Source of the DNA: Octopus bimaculoides
Lineage: Eukaryota
DNA length: 36,705 nucleotides
Direction of reading: 5' to 3'
Assembly: GCF_001194135.2 (NCBI RefSeq)
Contig: NC_068995.1
Location: 25,353,987 to 25,390,691 of the forward strand
Of the stretch, positions 35,785 through 36,705 are shown piece by piece (position 1 is the first letter of the stretch; each line of letters opens with the position of its first letter). Position numbers and translations under genes: made by a program. The notes beneath the pieces were generated by a model, which made no database searches, was not told where the DNA came from, and saw only the letters and a list, made by a program, of their open reading frames with translations.

Positions 35785-36644
35785 TGATGTCTAATCAATA
35801 AGTACCTGAACTGTGGCCATAGTAATGAAAATAAAACACGCAAAATGAAACCGCTTGGCAAAGATTGACATTGAACATTCTAGCTCACTTCCGCTATTTA
35901 CAGCTGTGCTTGGAAGGAAGGTGTGTAGCATGTGATCATCGCATTGACCATGAAAGAGAAAGTTTTCATGGCGATACCTGTTCAGAGGCCTGCGTGAAGT
36001 TGCAGAAAGTGCATGGAAAGGAGTGTATGAGCCGCACACAAGTGTATGAGTGGTTCTCATGTTTGCAAGATGACTGAAAAAATGTCGATATTGACGAACG
36101 TTCTGGGAAATCCGCAACCAGGAGAACTGAGACAAACATCGCAGATGTGCGTACACCTGCGAGGGGAAAAGGTTGAATCACCATACGTGAGTTATCAGAG
36201 GATGTGCAGATTAGTTACGGTTTAGTTCAGTCCATTATCCCTGAAGATTTGGGTATGAGATGCGTGTCTGCCTATTTTGTGCCTAAACCGCTTTCACCTG
36301 ACCAAAAAGACATTCTGGTTTCAGTTGCATTAGACCTTGATTTGTCGAGAACGATGAAAACTTTTTGAAAACTTTGCGTAGGCCCCCTGAGCAGGTATCG
36401 CCAAGCTTTTGGCAAAATTTGATGCAGATTCTCTTCTCAACTTTCTCTGTCATGGTCAATACGGCGATCACACGCTACACACCTTCCTTCCAAGTGCTGC
36501 TGTAAACAGCGGAAGTGAACTAGAACATTAAAAATTAGTGTGTATGAACAGCAGAGTTCAAAGTCAATCAGTGCTACGCAGCTCTGTGCCCTTTAGGTTC
36601 ATTACTATGGCAACAGTCCGAATACTTATTGATCAGACCACACA
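35785..36644 (+). mobile_element. Mariner-derived fold-back element with long inverted arms
   Basis: TA-flanked ends sharing GTCT(A/G)ATCAATAAGTA..ACTGT(G/T)GCCATAGTAATGAA. Plus strand encodes a mariner N-terminus (GDTCSEACVKLQKVHGKECMSRTQVYEWF..ITIRELSEDV..DENFLK). The right arm 36377-36644 is an inverted copy of the 5' end. Confidence 0.9.
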
Positions 36645-36673
36645 TACTTATTTAACTGTGGCCATGCTAGAGC

Positions 36674-36705
<32 letters not shown>

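Noticed and set aside
3485-35861. Many long ORFs in the track containing poly-X, poly-I/Y/N or CV/HT repeats
   Set aside because: They are artefacts of N gaps and microsatellites, with no protein motifs.

Overview
AT-rich, gapped (10 N-runs), microsatellite- and transposon-saturated animal genomic DNA. The tRNA-headed SINEs look like octopus families, so a cephalopod origin is inferred but not proven. I found no convincing host protein-coding exon, rRNA, true tRNA or CRISPR array. Nearly all recognisable sequence is decayed mobile DNA: two R4/Dong-like LINE fragments, five Penelope-like element (PLE) fragments, an internally deleted L1/Tx1 LINE, a Merlin (IS1595-like) transposon with TIRs, five Tc1/mariner relics, a non-autonomous Helitron nested inside a PLE, and about 11 SINE copies. 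The most notable signal missing from the ORF track is five type I hammerhead-ribozyme motifs (one with an intact catalytic core, four degenerate), three of them directly downstream of PLE GIY-YIG ends and each with a different stem III. Two DNA transposons carry long internal inverted duplications. All alignments, translations and folds were done by eye; no database search was run.
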